Positions 61,767 to 64,000 of a stretch of 64,000 nucleotides of DNA are shown here, piece after piece. The notes under the pieces were generated by a model. It had not been told where the DNA came from and made no database searches. It was given only the letters and a program-made list of their open reading frames with translations. Made by a program: the position numbers and the translations under genes. Within the stretch, counting starts at the first letter, position 1. Each line of letters opens with the position of its first letter. Location: the NCBI GenBank assembly GCA_946965045.2, contig OX337228.1, positions 3,162,001-3,226,000 on the forward strand. The letters are read 5' to 3'. This stretch comes from Epithemia pelagica (lineage: Eukaryota > Protista > Bacillariophyta).

Positions 61767-63200
61767 ATGGAGGAAAAACCCGCTGCCGCGCCATCAGAAA
61801 CTGCGGCAGAGCAATCAAAAACAGAGCAAACGACAGGTGATGCTACCACAACAGAAAAGCAAGATGATGCAGGTGATGATATTGTAGATGCCCCTGCTGC
61901 TGCGTCTAGCGCAGATACCAAAACTGGAGATGAGGACCGAACCAAACGTGTTTATGTCGGAAACCTCGCATGGGAGGTGAGTTGGCAAGATCTCAAGGAT
62001 CACATGAAAACCACCGGGCTGGATGTTGTTCGCGCAAATGTTATGACTACGCCGGATGGGCGATCGAAAGGATGTGGTATTGCCGAGTTTGCATCTGTGG
62101 AAGATGCACGCCAGGCTGTCACTGATTTAAACGAAACCGAGCTCTTTGGCAGGCAAATATTTGTGCGCGAAGACCGAGAAGAAAGAGGCGCTGGTGGAGG
62201 AGGAGGAGCTGCTCATTCACGCCCCGCATCTAGTGGAGGAGGTGGCAGTGGTGGTAGTGGTGGTGGTGGAGGACACCGATTTTCGTCCGGCGAGGAAGCA
62301 AAGAATCGACGAGTGTATGTTGGAAATCTCAGCTGGGATGTCGCATGGCAAGATCTCAAGGATCATATGCGATCGGCTGGTGAAGTGGTCCATGCGGAAG
62401 TTATTACAGAATTTAGTGGCCGTTCCAAAGGATGCGGAATAGTGGAATACGCAACAGAAGCAGAAGCGCAAGAAGCTATATCCTCATTGACTGACACAGA
62501 ACTGAAAGGACGGATGATCTTTGTCCGCGAGGACCGTGAATCCAACCAAGGTGGCCACAGTGGTGGCGGTGGAGTCGCGTCAGGGCGTAGTCAAAACACT
62601 TCTGTATATGTTTGGAATCTTGCTCCAGATGTCAGCTGGCAGGATTTAAAGGATCACATGCGAAAAGCTGGCAATGTGGACTCGGCAACCATTCTAACCA
62701 ACTCCAATGGCGACTCGTTGGGTTGTGGCGTGGTGGTGTATCAGCGCCCTCAAGAGGCTGCACGGGCAATCCGAGAATTACAAAATGTAGAGTTAAAGGG
62801 CCGACCCATGTACGCACGGGAAGACCGTGAAGGAGGTCGCGGTGGATCAGGCCGCGGTTTCGGTGGTCGAGGCCGCGGTCGAGGTCGTTCCGGACGGTCG
62901 GGTTATCACGCCGGCCGTGGTGCTGGTGGCAGAGGTACTGTTGGATCTCCAGATGGCACACAATTGTACGTGGGAAATTTGGCCTTTGAGACTACTTGGA
63001 AAGAGCTCAAAGATCACTTTCGCCAGTGCGGAGATGTCCGCCGTACCGAAGTTGTGTTCGGCCCTGGTGGGCAATCGAAAGGCTTTGGCACTGTGCAATT
63101 CTACAACAAGGAGGACGCAGAAGCTGCGATTAGTCGCCTTAATGGCAGTGAGCTTCAGGGCCGTACTTTGGAAGTGCGGGCCGACCAGAAGCCTCGTTAA
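61767..63200 (+). CDS. GBP2: Gbp2/hnRNP-M-like RNA-binding protein with four RRMs and an RGG linker
   Basis: RRVYVGNL..VSWQDLKDHM repeated four times; SKGCGIVEY; RGG box GRGFGGRGRGRGRSG. Confidence 0.85.
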   Translation: MEEKPAAAPSETAAEQSKTEQTTGDATTTEKQDDAGDDIVDAPAAASSADTKTGDEDRTKRVYVGNLAWEVSWQDLKDHMKTTGLDVVRANVMTTPDGRSKGCGIAEFASVEDARQAVTDLNETELFGRQIFVREDREERGAGGGGGAAHSRPASSGGGGSGGSGGGGGHRFSSGEEAKNRRVYVGNLSWDVAWQDLKDHMRSAGEVVHAEVITEFSGRSKGCGIVEYATEAEAQEAISSLTDTELKGRMIFVREDRESNQGGHSGGGGVASGRSQNTSVYVWNLAPDVSWQDLKDHMRKAGNVDSATILTNSNGDSLGCGVVVYQRPQEAARAIRELQNVELKGRPMYAREDREGGRGGSGRGFGGRGRGRGRSGRSGYHAGRGAGGRGTVGSPDGTQLYVGNLAFETTWKELKDHFRQCGDVRRTEVVFGPGGQSKGFGTVQFYNKEDAEAAISRLNGSELQGRTLEVRADQKPR

Positions 63201-63559
63201 GAAAACCATTTTCCATAAATTGCGCTTTGCGCCTTCCCTGATTGATTAATTGATTGTTGTGTGGCGGGTTGTTCGGATTCTATTGATTGTGCAGTTGCAA
63301 TGAATTATTTATGATTGGATGGCCAATAAATTGTCTCTAACTGGAGAAGCCCGCTTGGACCTTGCTTCGGCCTTATTGATCACCTGAGACCTTAATCCAT
63401 AACTTGACTTAAATTTCCGTTATATTTCTTCGTAAGTACTCTTCTTGAACTAGCATGCGGAGACAGGAGCAAAAGACTGCCGCTACAAATCAGGGGTGTA
63501 TATGACCGAAAATACAGTTCTAAGATTGCAAGTATCTGGACCCTGGACAGCTAATACAA

Positions 63560-64000
63560 CTACTCTTTTTGTTCAGGGAGGTTATTAGATGGTGATGGTT
63601 CCAACAGTTTCTTGTCGCGTTGTTGTTGTTTCTGTACAAAATATTTGAGAGTCTTGGCAAGAAAGTAAAGTGAAAAAGTGCACATTTCAGCACCACGGTA
63701 GAAAGCAAACCCAAGTGGGTAAATGCATTGTCCCATACACACACACATGGCCCATACGCCGATCAGCCCGTTTAGCTGAATAAATGTGGTTCCTGACAAG
63801 CGATTTCGTTCTCCAGCATCTTTGAGGGAATAAATCATTGTGGCCACCATGAACAGGCGTGATACGGCCGATCCGTTCAAACTAACGTCAAACCATGATC
63901 GATGCAAGGCTTCTCGGTATCGGAAATTGAAGTTCCCTTCCATCATATTGGAAAAAATCCCAGCCACAACAAACAATAGACAATTGCGATATCCCAGGGC
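63560..64000 (-). CDS. 3' end of a membrane protein; 5' part outside the window
   Basis: Frame open to the window edge; several hydrophobic segments, then a polar tail. Confidence 0.55.
   Translation of the reverse strand, partial: ALGYRNCLLFVVAGIFSNMMEGNFNFRYREALHRSWFDVSLNGSAVSRLFMVATMIYSLKDAGERNRLSGTTFIQLNGLIGVWAMCVCMGQCIYPLGFAFYRGAEMCTFSLYFLAKTLKYFVQKQQQRDKKLLEPSPSNNLPEQKE

Noticed and set aside
491-63209. Numerous 60-170 aa ORFs overlapping the called genes on other frames or strands
   Set aside because: Shadow ORFs without motifs, typical at this GC content.
1-64000. CRISPR arrays, tRNA, rRNA, TPP riboswitch
   Set aside because: No repeat-spacer array, cloverleaf, rRNA-like tract or riboswitch core seen by eye; tRNAscan-SE and Infernal would be needed to exclude them formally.

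Overview
Gene-dense eukaryotic nuclear DNA, most likely from a pennate diatom (short GT-AG introns, bipartite plastid-targeting presequences, stramenopile-type gene families; taxon is inferred). Housekeeping genes include POLE2, ELP3, a VMA12/TMEM199-like gene, NOP9, a BTB protein, thiolase, a TrhO-like rhodanese, NDUFA13, an alpha/beta hydrolase, NAP1, a ThiD-ThiE fusion, PI4K, two tandem IQM-like genes and a 4-RRM Gbp2-like protein. Four accessory features stand out. (1) An apparently intact Ngaro/DIRS-type tyrosine-recombinase retrotransposon at about 51.7-59.6 kb, whose gag and RT/RNaseH ORFs are in one frame separated by a single UGA-C, with no terminal repeats visible. (2) A tail-to-tail paralog pair encoding RING + stramenopile Myb-like + NLP-type GAF proteins, only one of which has a Cys-Cys repeat tail. 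(3) Two related 1.2-1.3 kb non-coding cassettes in opposite orientation, each bounded by its own near-perfect inverted repeats. (4) An orphan silaffin-like KSxK reading frame. An intergenic TAGGAGTA motif also recurs. No rRNA, tRNA or CRISPR was seen. All alignments and splice calls were made by eye.
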